A stretch of DNA of 64,000 nucleotides, from positions 5,410,422 through 5,474,421 of the forward strand of contig NC_092678.1 of the NCBI RefSeq assembly GCF_964355755.1, read 5' to 3'. Below are positions 1 to 9,939 of the stretch, one piece after another. The notes beneath the pieces were generated by a model. It saw only the letters and a list, made by a program, of their open reading frames with translations, searched no databases and was not told the DNA's origin. The translations under genes were made by a program, and so were the position numbers. Numbering within the stretch: position 1 is the stretch's first letter; every line of letters begins with the position of its first letter. The stretch is from Antedon mediterranea (Eukaryota > Animalia > Echinodermata).

Positions 1-708
1 TAAATAATCTCTTTTAAATATTTTTTAAAAAGTCATGTTCTTGTGCAAGTATTACAGCTTTTACCACTAGACAAAACATTTCAGTTGGCAAACTCTGTTT
101 ACACAAGGTATTTAATTTAATCCATGCTTATATAGCGCCCTCTATAAGGTCCCATATTATATCATAGTTATTCTAATGAATTATTCATAACTTCCTGCTT
201 TAATTGGATAGGAGAAAAAATAATGCATCCCAGGACCACACTCTATAAGTCATGACTATGAATGGATGATTTTTGGGAGCAGGAATGCTTGTAGACCAAA
301 CCCAGTCCCGTTTTGATTCCGATCAATCAGGAAATCATTATTAATCCTCATTACATTATAAAGATTTCAGTCAACTACTTTTAACATGACTATTTCACAG
401 GTAAATCTTCTGATGGGGAAGAACATTCAAAGGCACCCACATCACAGACTGTTGACTCCATGAAAGAAGGTAATAACATTTTAGCGTTTAAATGACACAT
501 TAATGTAAGGAATACTTTTTTCACACACTAATAGTGCTCTGCATTGCTTGTGATACCTCTTGCCATGTAATGCTAAACTTGTTGTTGCTAACATAATTTG
601 CTCTGTTTCACAGTTGAGACCTCTCACACAGAAGTACAAGGGGCATCAACATCACAGTATAAAGGTCTCAACAAATGTGGTAGTTTCTTTTATTTTAATA
701 TCAATTAG

Positions 709-2565
709 TGTCACGAACTCCTCTCACGTATGTTTCCGAGCGGTTGAAAATACTTTAGGAACTCCCTTGTGACATAAAAGTATACACACAAAATCCACAA
801 AGTTGTAAAATAACTCAAAAACAAAGCTTTAATTTCAATCAACTTCAACTTTCAACAATCCAGTAAGCACTTTAAATAACAGCTTCACAATGACTTTACA
901 ATATAACATCCAACCTCTAATCCAACCTCTAATCCAACAACCTTACAATAGTTTACATCCCTTTATATACAAGATGCTCCTATCCTTCTAGATCATTCTT
1001 TATACTTCTCATTATTACATGATTACAGTTTCTATTAATAGCACTTCTGGAATGTTCTTGATTGTTCTTATTAATTATACATGGTTTATTAAATCAAAAC
1101 ATCTTATTCTAGAATGTTCATGTAAATACTATGTTACTCTATATGTTAGGGAATGGTAATTTATTACACTCCCTCCTCTTTCTGAGCTCAAAACTCTTTC
1201 TTGGAGTTTTGAGGGGCAAGTATACACGGACGTGGCAAAATTTAACCCACTCCTAGTCTATGAAACTTAAATACGCCATAATAACATACAACATAATTAT
1301 TAATAATTACTAATAATGAACAAACAATATTCATGTAAATTTGTCGGAATGGTTCACTAATTATTACTGACATAGGAATCATAAAATCCTTAAATTTAGT
1401 TTTATACTTTGAGGCTTTACAATACTCTGTCAACGAAATATCATGTGAAAATTTCAAAACACTATTACTGCAATGATATAAAACCAGTAATTTCTCTATG
1501 GGTTCTGTCTGGTGTTTAGTAAAAACATGCCTAAATAAAATTCCGTCCTTACAGACCGTCATATCTTCCCGACATAAACCTTCTTTCCTTTCAATATCTT
1601 CCCGATGTAAACGTTCTTGGTTATCCATCATCTGCTGCATCAGAAGACTCTGTTGTTGTATTTGTTGCTTCATTAACAACACTAAAAAGTCTATACTGCT
1701 GTACACTTTACCGGATATTGTTGTTGATTGTTTATCAGCCATATTTTAAATCTGGATGAGGGTCTTGTTACTAGTTAATCGTAGTTACCGAGACGTTCAC
1801 AAGTCTACTGTTCCAAATAAATAATGTACTGTTCTTAAAACAATGTTTGTGTTCTTACGATTAAACAAAACGTAGCACCGCGGCTTCCGTAAAATATCAC
1901 AGTATTGTAAGTACCGCTTTCACAAAATATCAATAAAGTACAGTTGATCCTAAAACAGCCACCAATCTATGGCAAAATACAGTAGATCAAACTGCTACCA
2001 CAAAATATCACAACAGTACTGTAGATAAATACACAGTTAAGTCGAACAGTAGATCGAAATAACCGCTGCCACCAAATTAGGCTGAACACCGCTGCCACCA
2101 AATTATGTCACGAACTCCTCTCACGTATGTTTCCGAGCGGTTGAAAATACTTTAGGAACTCCCTTGTGACATAAAAGTATACACACAAAATCCACAAAGT
2201 TGTAAAATAACTCAAAAACAAAGCTTTAATTTCAATCAACTTCAACTTTCAACAATCCAGTAAGCACTTTAAATAACAGCTTCACAATGACTTTACAATA
2301 TAACATCCAACCTCTAATCCAACCTCTAATCCAACAACCTTACAATAGTTTACATCCCTTTATATACAAGATGCTCCTATCCTTCTAGATCATTCTTTAT
2401 ACTTCTCATTATTACATGATTACAGTTTCTATTAATAGCACTTCTGGAATGTTCTTGATTGTTCTTATTAATTATACATGGTTTATTAAATCAAAACATC
2501 TTATTCTAGAATGTTCATGTAAATACTATGTTACTCTATATGTTAGGGAATGGTAATTTATTACA
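709..2565 (-). mobile_element. Non-autonomous (internally deleted) Gypsy-type LTR retrotransposon in an intron
   Basis: Direct repeats 709-1168 and 2106-2565 (460 bp, TG...CA). 5-bp TSD ATTAG at 704-708 and 2566-2570. Minus-strand PBS TGGTGGCAGCGGTG (2087-2100) and PPT (1169-1182). ORF 1242-1742 fuses a gag-like N-terminus to integrase-like remnants (EPFRQIYMNIV). The paralogous intron at ~36323-36343 is the empty site. Confidence 0.92.
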
Positions 2566-4451
2566 ATTAGTATTTCACATCATAAGATCTGTTATGCTTT
2601 GTTTAATATCTTGATATATTTCTAGATTTATATGATTTCTTTGTTGTAAGTGATGATGGTGAATGGGAAAAAAGAGTAATAAGAGAGCTGAAAAAATTAA
2701 GATCTGATGTCACTTGCCTAAGTCAAACAGACTGGAACCCTTCACTTATTGACGCAGAAAACATGTCAAACCTTTCAGAAACATGTAAAATGGTATTAGT
2801 GGGATTTACATCAAACCCTATTACAGGTTTTTCAACTTATATTGCTAACCTACTGGTTCAACAATCGACTCGGTCAAAGAATAAAAAACTACAACTTATT
2901 ATAGCAAGAACAGAAAAAGGTGTTGTCATACCACCTTACTTTGGCGGAGTATCTGTTAGCAACAGTTGGGAAAAGGATTTCTATACAAAGATCCTCAACA
3001 CATTAGATGAAGAAGGTAGAGTTACTCCATACCTATAACAATTCTTTTTAATTCGCCATAGTAGACTTCCAAGCCATATTTAACAATATATACACATGTT
3101 CATCTTGCACTAAAATGTTGTTTAACCTTGTTTTATTATTACATTTTTAGCTCCATATGATTTCTATGTTGTAAGTGATGATGGTGCTTGGGAACAAAGT
3201 GTTATAAAGGAGCTTCGAAATCGACAACCAAATATAAAATGCCTAAGGCGCCAAGAAAAGATTCCTTCATATGAAAACTTGCGAAATTTTACAAAGAAAT
3301 GTAAAACGGTTGTAGTGGGCTTTACATCAACTGGACCACATACTCATATTTCAAGAGAAGTTGTAAAACATATGCTTAACCAAAAAGAAAAGACAACAGC
3401 ACAACTGATTGTAGCAAGAATAGACAAGCATGTTAGATTACCCCTAAGCTGGCAAACATTATATATTTGCAACAGTTGGGAAGATGATTTTTACAAAATG
3501 ATCCTGAATACACTAAATGAAATACGTAAGTTTATTTCATATCTAGCAATATTTTGATCTTCATAGCTTGATGTCATAATCCATAGCAAAATTTAAACTT
3601 GCAAGCAAGACCAAATCATATTATTAATCAAATTACAATATATTTATGAAAATAAATTGAAAGATTTTTAAACAGAGTATGCTGGAGATTATAATGGTTT
3701 TTGTTTCATTTTGGGCTTATTAATTTTCTTTTTTCCCAAACGCATCCAACAGGGAGAAACTTACCGGATGGATAAACTATTATGCTTATAATCTTAGAGC
3801 TTAGGGGGTGGATTAGAAAGACTCGTGAGTTATAACTGTGATACTAGGATACTAGGACCGGATTGAACCTATTTAAAAATTAAATAATCTAATATTTGTA
3901 TAAACATAGGTATTCCCATGAAAGCATCAACAAAGGATCCCAAAAACGAAAATTGTGCTTTCAATCATTCAACTTTTAAGAGATTGAAAGAATTTTTTCA
4001 GAGAAGATTTTGCGCCATATTAAGATGTATTGGAAGGGGATCTATAATCTTTCATCTTTTTGTAAACGATGGCAACAGATTAAAGGCATTATGGGAAAGT
4101 CATGTAAAGAAAGAGTTGGATAAAGAACTTGAAGCAATATTGGATTGTTCTGGATGTGAATTAGAAACAGATATAGATGCACATGATTACAAGGTTGTTC
4201 TCAGAAAACTAATGGTAAAAAGTACGTGAGTTGATTTTTTTTTAAACACCATCTATTTTTATTATGTCCTAATTGTAAGATGAGATATATTTATTGTGCG
4301 CTTTTTTATAGGTTTACATTAATTTTTATCTAAATTGTTTCTTAATGGACCAGAAACCTTATATAATATTAAAAACGAATGACTAAATTTATCCAAAAAA
4401 ATTTTTGACAAAGACGATAAATCCATTACTGTTACTAAAAGGCAAACATTT

Positions 4452-5474
4452 GTGGTGAGGGCAACTTGTTTAGATAAAAGTGATACATGTAATGTAGTTG
4501 CTACTCTGATAACTCCATCAGGTGAACAAACTGCCACTGAGGTAGAAGACATGGGAAATGGAGAGTATAGAATAAAAGGAAGATGTGACGAGGAAGGTGA
4601 CTGGAAGATGAAGGTCATGGCTGGAGTGGAACACATCAAAGGAACACAAGTTAATATCAAAGTGGAACCACTAGGACTTGTACATACAATTGATAAAATA
4701 GCAGACCACAAAGTAGATAAAAAATACTCAATAACGGATGTAGATCTATATAAAGATGGTTGTATCTTAGTATCAAGTCTCTCTAATGAGTTACTCAAGT
4801 TTAATCAATCAGGTGAATTTGTTGCCAATATTCAATTGGCACACAATGTTAGAGTCAATAAAATGTATACAATGGTTAATGGTTGCATTATGTATAGCGA
4901 CACAGAAGGAAAGAGGGTAGTAATGTGTAATGACAAATTAGAAGAAATCAGTCAATTTGGTAAAGGAATATTGAAACATCCAAGTGGGTTGACGGTAAAC
5001 AATGAAAAAAGAGTTATGCATGTTGCAGACTTTATTGATCATTGTGTGTTTAAATTTGATATCGATGATGGAAGGAAGCTGGGTGAGATAGGTTTTGAGG
5101 ATGGAGAATTGTATTATTCACGTGATGTCAGTTTAACCAAGGAAGGTAATTTATTGGTTACTGATTGGGATAATCATAGAATACCAATGTTTGATGCCAA
5201 TGGTACATTTGCCAAAACATTTGTAAGTGAAGGTGAACAAGATGGAAAAGTCAGGTATCCCTGTGCTATAGAAATGGACAGGGATGACAACATAATAGTA
5301 GCTAGTGAAAACAAAGTACAATTATTTGATGAAAATGGGGTTTTCATCAAACGAATAGATGGCATAAATGATGGCATTAATAGTCCATGTGGAATCAGTG
5401 TGATATCCAATAGACCAAGGAGAGTAGCCATTGCAAATGGTGGAAAGAATAATGTGAAAATATTTAATTACTAA
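4452..5474 (+). CDS. Filamin + NHL-repeat beta-propeller coding segment (TRIM2/3/71-like C-terminus), copy 1
   Basis: Filamin motif (TPSG..EVEDMGNGEYRI...HIKG..V.I.V) followed by NHL blades (HPSGLTV, VTDWDNHRIPMFD, PCGISV). Confidence 0.85.
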   Translation: MVRATCLDKSDTCNVVATLITPSGEQTATEVEDMGNGEYRIKGRCDEEGDWKMKVMAGVEHIKGTQVNIKVEPLGLVHTIDKIADHKVDKKYSITDVDLYKDGCILVSSLSNELLKFNQSGEFVANIQLAHNVRVNKMYTMVNGCIMYSDTEGKRVVMCNDKLEEISQFGKGILKHPSGLTVNNEKRVMHVADFIDHCVFKFDIDDGRKLGEIGFEDGELYYSRDVSLTKEGNLLVTDWDNHRIPMFDANGTFAKTFVSEGEQDGKVRYPCAIEMDRDDNIIVASENKVQLFDENGVFIKRIDGINDGINSPCGISVISNRPRRVAIANGGKNNVKIFNY

Positions 5475-5544
5475 ACAGAAAAAATGTTTTGTATTTAAAA
5501 CATTACTGAAAACTTATAAATATGTAATAAGTATTATGTAGGTT

Positions 5545-6264
5545 AACAAGGCCATATAGATGGCTGCAGTCGCGTGCTTAGTGTTTACCGACCGACCGAC
5601 CAACCTACCAACTGACCGAAATTACTGAACATGTTTAAAAATGTTGAAATGTTTAAAAACAGTTATATTTTCTTAATTTACACGTGCGTAGCCTGTCACT
5701 TTTGATGTACTCGTATATCGTAATTTCGAGTTGAAAAGTAAGTCAAGAAAACAGAAATCGGGCAAAAAGAGTGCGCAATAACATTTAACGTGCAGTGCGC
5801 GCGCAAAAATCTGCGCACTCATGCCAATTTTGTAAACGCTTAAAATTGCCTGAAACGTACTCTTATTTCATCGAAAATAAATTTTGAAAATTTTAAGCGC
5901 GCGTACCCATGCGTTACATGCGCTAGGCACATAATTGTATTGCCATATGATGATTTATGCCCTGAAATTTATGAGTACCAAACTTTATTTAATTATGATT
6001 CATGGTTGTGAAGATATGATTACAAACGTGATTTTGTTAAATCGTGCGTAGACCGTGTAATTTTTTATTGCGCATCGTGAAAACATAACCACATCGATTC
6101 CTGGCATAAGGAATATACTGTGAAAAATTGACTTAGCTAGATTAAACTGATATCAAGATAAGGTCAGAAAGCAATAAAACGCATAGTGATACCGGACCGA
6201 CAGACAGACAGACCGACCGACCGACATAGTGTGAACTATAGAGTCGCTTCCACGCGACTAAAAA
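5545..6264 (-). mobile_element. DINE-1/HINE-like non-autonomous Helentron-associated element
   Basis: Subterminal inverted repeat AGTCGCGTG/CACGCGACT, terminal hairpin GCCATATAGATGGC, GACC/GACA microsatellites, A-rich ends; related copies at 16592 and 26385. Confidence 0.65.
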
Positions 6265-6462
6265 CAAAGAAACTTAGCTTGCTGCAATTTCTGAAACTTT
6301 AATGAAATATCTTGTACTAAATGTAATACAGTATAAACTAATGTATGATTAGATTTGATGATATTTTAGTAATGAAAGTAGTTAAAAAGTGAAATAAAAT
6401 AAATAAATCCAAATATTTTGAATAGTGAATTTCTCAATTAATGCGTTCATCTTTAAATAGAC

Positions 6463-6730
6463 CGTGGCATATAGTGCAGTCGGTGGTGGTAGTCACTGTG
6501 TTGTGCACTAAAACCGTGAAAGACCATAGGTTTCCTTTGATCCGCGGTTCAAATCCTATCTATGTGTGTGTGTTCCAACTGGCGGGTTGGAATACATGTA
6601 GTTAGCGCACGTCCGTCTTTCAGATGAGATGTTAAGCTGTTAAGAGTCGAATCCTCTACTTTCACCTTTTCGTTCTTGTGAAAGAAGTCCAATTGTAGCG
6701 TTTGCGAAACAGGGTGAATTAAGGTTATTT
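6463..6730 (+). mobile_element. tRNA-derived SINE-like repeat (duplicate at ~17504-17755)
   Basis: Pol III B-box-like GGTTCAAATCC at ~6546 after an A-box-like segment; no clean cloverleaf. Confidence 0.4.
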
Positions 6731-7171
6731 TTTCAATCAAAATAAAAAAATTGTTGTTCTGTTATTGCACTTGATAAAACAATAGAATAAACATTGAATA
6801 ATGGAAGACAATAACTTCGTAAACACAATAAATATATAAAACTAAAATTTGCTGTTTAGCGGCCAGAGGATATTTACCAGTGGTCAGCATTTTGACATAA
6901 ATAATGCTGGCCAAAAAAAAAATTCTTGGGCTGGAAATTTTTTGTATTATATGGCTGCCAACACTTTTCATTTTTTTTTTAAATTGCGATGCATGTCATT
7001 TCAGGAAAATTATAAAAAAAATTACTTTTTTTTAGACGAATAATTTATTTCCTCATCTCTAGAAACCTTTCCATCAGTAAATGGCAGTCTGTTGGATAAA
7101 ATTGCTTAAGCAAAACAAATCTAGAATTGCATAAAACAAAAAAAGTAATAAAGTTTCACCACATAAACTAA

Positions 7172-8073
7172 AGCTCAGTTCCCACGATCGGTTTTTTTCT
7201 TCTGTCTTCCAAAGGGACACTGTATTGATTGATGGAAAGTGCCTGTTTCCAGTCACCTTTAGGGTCAAATCTATTATTTTAACTGCTCCCTTGTGTATAA
7301 AAGAGAGAAAATAGTGACTTATGAGTTTAAGTGCATGTCCTATTATTAACGAAACTGACACCAGTTTTTTACACCAATAGCCAATCAGATGGGCAGGAAT
7401 TTGGCTTGGTAGGGATCAACATCTGAATATTGTAGCAGAGAGATATAATATAGTTCACTATATATCTTTTGATTATAGATACTTGAAATAACTTTAGTTA
7501 GGAGTTGAATGGAATACAAAGATTATAAAGTGTTATTAAAAGTCATAATATATTATATATTTATATATAATTATAGATAAAATTATTATATTTTTCTATG
7601 TCTTCTACTTCCAGTTCCTTTATTAAATCATGGTATGCTCCATGGGATTTTCGCCGCTGTATCCATGGTTTCACCCACACACTGCGTTTCTTTTGCAATC
7701 GTTTTTTTCTTCTGCTTGCGTTTATTTAGTTCTCTTACCATATCAAAACTTTCGAAAGTAACACTAAATCCATTTCGATTTGTATTAAGAATATACAATA
7801 TCACAATTGAATTCTAAATGATAATAGAATAGCAAAGCAGAGAGCAGAGAAAGTATTTACACAATGGTTGACAAGGTCAATCCTTGAATACCTACAATAT
7901 ACAAAGATTGTCCCTAAATTGCAAGCTTATGACATTCTATTCAAAAAGTAGGTCATTAGTGACCAAGTGAAGAAATGACTGTGGGATTGCAACACTCTTC
8001 TCCTGATGTCCTATCAATCAATACAAGTCCCTTTGGAAGACGGAAGAACAAACCCGATGGTGGGAACTGAGCT
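7172..8073. mobile_element. MITE / non-autonomous DNA transposon with ~60-bp TIRs (PIF/Harbinger-like)
   Basis: AGCTCAGTTCCCAC..ATCGG..CTTCCAAAGGGAC..TGTATTGATTGAT is mirrored at 8012-8073; flanks TAA/TCA; absent at the paralogous sites ~18189 and ~41635. Confidence 0.75.
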
Positions 8074-9103
8074 TCAGCTGTGGTGAGACTGATGATGATA
8101 ATGTTGACGATGATAATGACCATAGTGATGATGGTCCTGCTCATAAAGGTAAACATATACAGACGAAACTGAGCAACAATTTCAAATAAATGTTACTTGG
8201 CCTTGTTTGGGATGGATTGAGGTGTGTGAGGACGCCGTACAAGCATTGGTCCTGACGCCTTTTCAAACATCTCTTTTGTTTGTGCTTTTAATATGTTTGG
8301 TTCTTTATTAAAACGTTGTGGTTTTTTTTCCGGGGAAACCCATATTATTAAGGGGAAGATTTGATAGGTCCCGAATGTTTCCCTTTAATGGGATTCTATT
8401 GTATTATCTTAAACAAAATAGGCCTGGGTAAATATTTAGACTTATTATTCCAAACATTATATTGATGTTTGGGTAGTTTTATTATCAAAGATGCTGTACT
8501 TTACCAACATTTATAACATATTATATTGCATTGTAAATTTGTTTTACGCTTTTACAATGCAGTACTGTATACATTGTCAAATGTCAATTGTACCTAAAAT
8601 ACTACAATGCCTTAAATAAAATAATAAGGTCGGCTGCATAAAATAAAACTTTAACAAGTTAAGTAATTTCCCCAGAGACATGTCATATTTGTTACTATGG
8701 TAACTATTCAAACATAGTCTTATCAATGTGCATTATCAAACAATTGAAGAGGAAATTATGAACCTGTAAATTAGCTACTGCTTGCGTTTACTTTCTGTAA
8801 AGCATACAGATTTTTTGGGCACGAACAGACGGACGTGTATTGGACTAAAGTAGAAAAACAGCGATCAATTTGGAAAAAGTGAATTTGAAGTAAGTAATTA
8901 CTGTATTGTAAGCATAACTTCTTCAACATTCGCAAACAGCAGCAAACATTTGTCAAAATGTATCTAGACTAGACAAAAACACTTTGGGACAACCACAATA
9001 GCCTAATCGCATTACCAGCTGCAAAACAATTGAGCTAAATTGAATTACTTATTTATTATGTAGTCAATATCAATATTATTATTATTCATTCCTCTTCCAG
9101 AAA

Positions 9104-9638
9104 ATGTCAACAGACGACCTAACATTTGCAGACTTCCTTTCAGAATTAAGTAATGAGTATGAAGGTGAAAAAAAATTTTGGCTGAAATTGTTGCTATTCA
9201 ACCACTGTTCAGGAGCATTGTTAGGCAGAGACGACATCCAAGCACATGAGCTGTTTAATGAGCTTGAGGAAAAAGGTTACATTACTTTTGAACCATTAGA
9301 TGTAGAAGTTCTAGTGGACATTGCTAAAGTAACAGAGCAGAAGAAGGCTTTAGACCTAATAGAGAAGCTTAAAAATGAGCAAGTCAATAAGAAAGAAGAC
9401 GACTTTACCAATGGTAAACCAATAACACCATTTCGCAAAAACCTTTACAATGCTTTAAGACAAAATTCAAAGAAAGTACCAAAAATTGCTGCTGCCTACC
9501 GCCTTGGACATAAAGAATATAAGAATATTTGGGATCTTGTATTTGAGCTGGAAAAGGACAAACGTCTGCAGGATGAAAAGGAGTCAAAGGAAAGGTTTGC
9601 AAAACAACTCGACAAAGATGCAGGAGACATTTTGCTCG
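9104..9638 (+). CDS. Tandem death-effector-domain (DED)-like exon, copy 2
   Basis: F.DFLSELS...LKLLL..H...ELFNELEEKGYI...VEVL.DI fits the DED helical pattern; a second, degenerate repeat reads ITPFRKNL...WDLVFELEK. Confidence 0.7.
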
Positions 9639-9939
9639 GTAGGTAATAATAATATAAAATATACACATACTCACAAGATTCAGGATCAATCATTACATAA
9701 AAGAATTAGTTTCCATTGGGGTCTTTAAAAGAACAATTCGAAAGTAAATCAAAGAAAAATAATTTAAACGTTCAACAATAACTCTATACTGTACTTTTGT
9801 TTTTAATTTTAATCATTTTTAATTGTTTCAACAGTGTGTTACATTGGCCTATGGCAATTTTGCAATTTGCGTTTTTAGCAGTATTTTAACATTGGCCTAT
9901 TAACAGCATTTTATGTATTGTTTTATTATTGACTGGTAT

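Larger units (their letters stand above)
401..5474 (+). pseudogene. Array copy 1 (5' end outside window): linker exons, TIR, TIR, TRADD-N-like, filamin-NHL; terminal exon has lost its acceptor and B-box
   Basis: AG/GT-bounded phase-1 exons at 401-469, 614-679, 2626-3015 (TIR: YDFFVVSDDGEW...CLSQTDWNPS...FYTKILNTL), 3151-3525 (second TIR) and 3910-4221 (GRGSIIFHLFVND...LWE). Filamin+NHL ORF 4452-5474. Relative to copy 2, about 620 bp (copy 2 ~14831-15452) is missing at ~4400. Confidence 0.7.

Noticed and set aside
4319-5431. Recurrent minus-strand ORFs over the filamin/NHL exons (also 15396, 16221, 38531, 39365, 54035, 61715)
   Set aside because: Antisense shadows of the + strand coding sequence; they recur only because the sense exons are paralogous.
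7956-8156. ORF resembling a secreted Cys-containing peptide
   Set aside because: Spans an intronic (ATC)-rich tract and a MITE terminal repeat; absent from the paralogous sites.
8330-8675. kappaB-like motifs upstream of copy 2 (GGGGAAACCC; GTAATTTCCCC)
   Set aside because: Imperfect consensus and not in the conserved context seen for copies 3-5.
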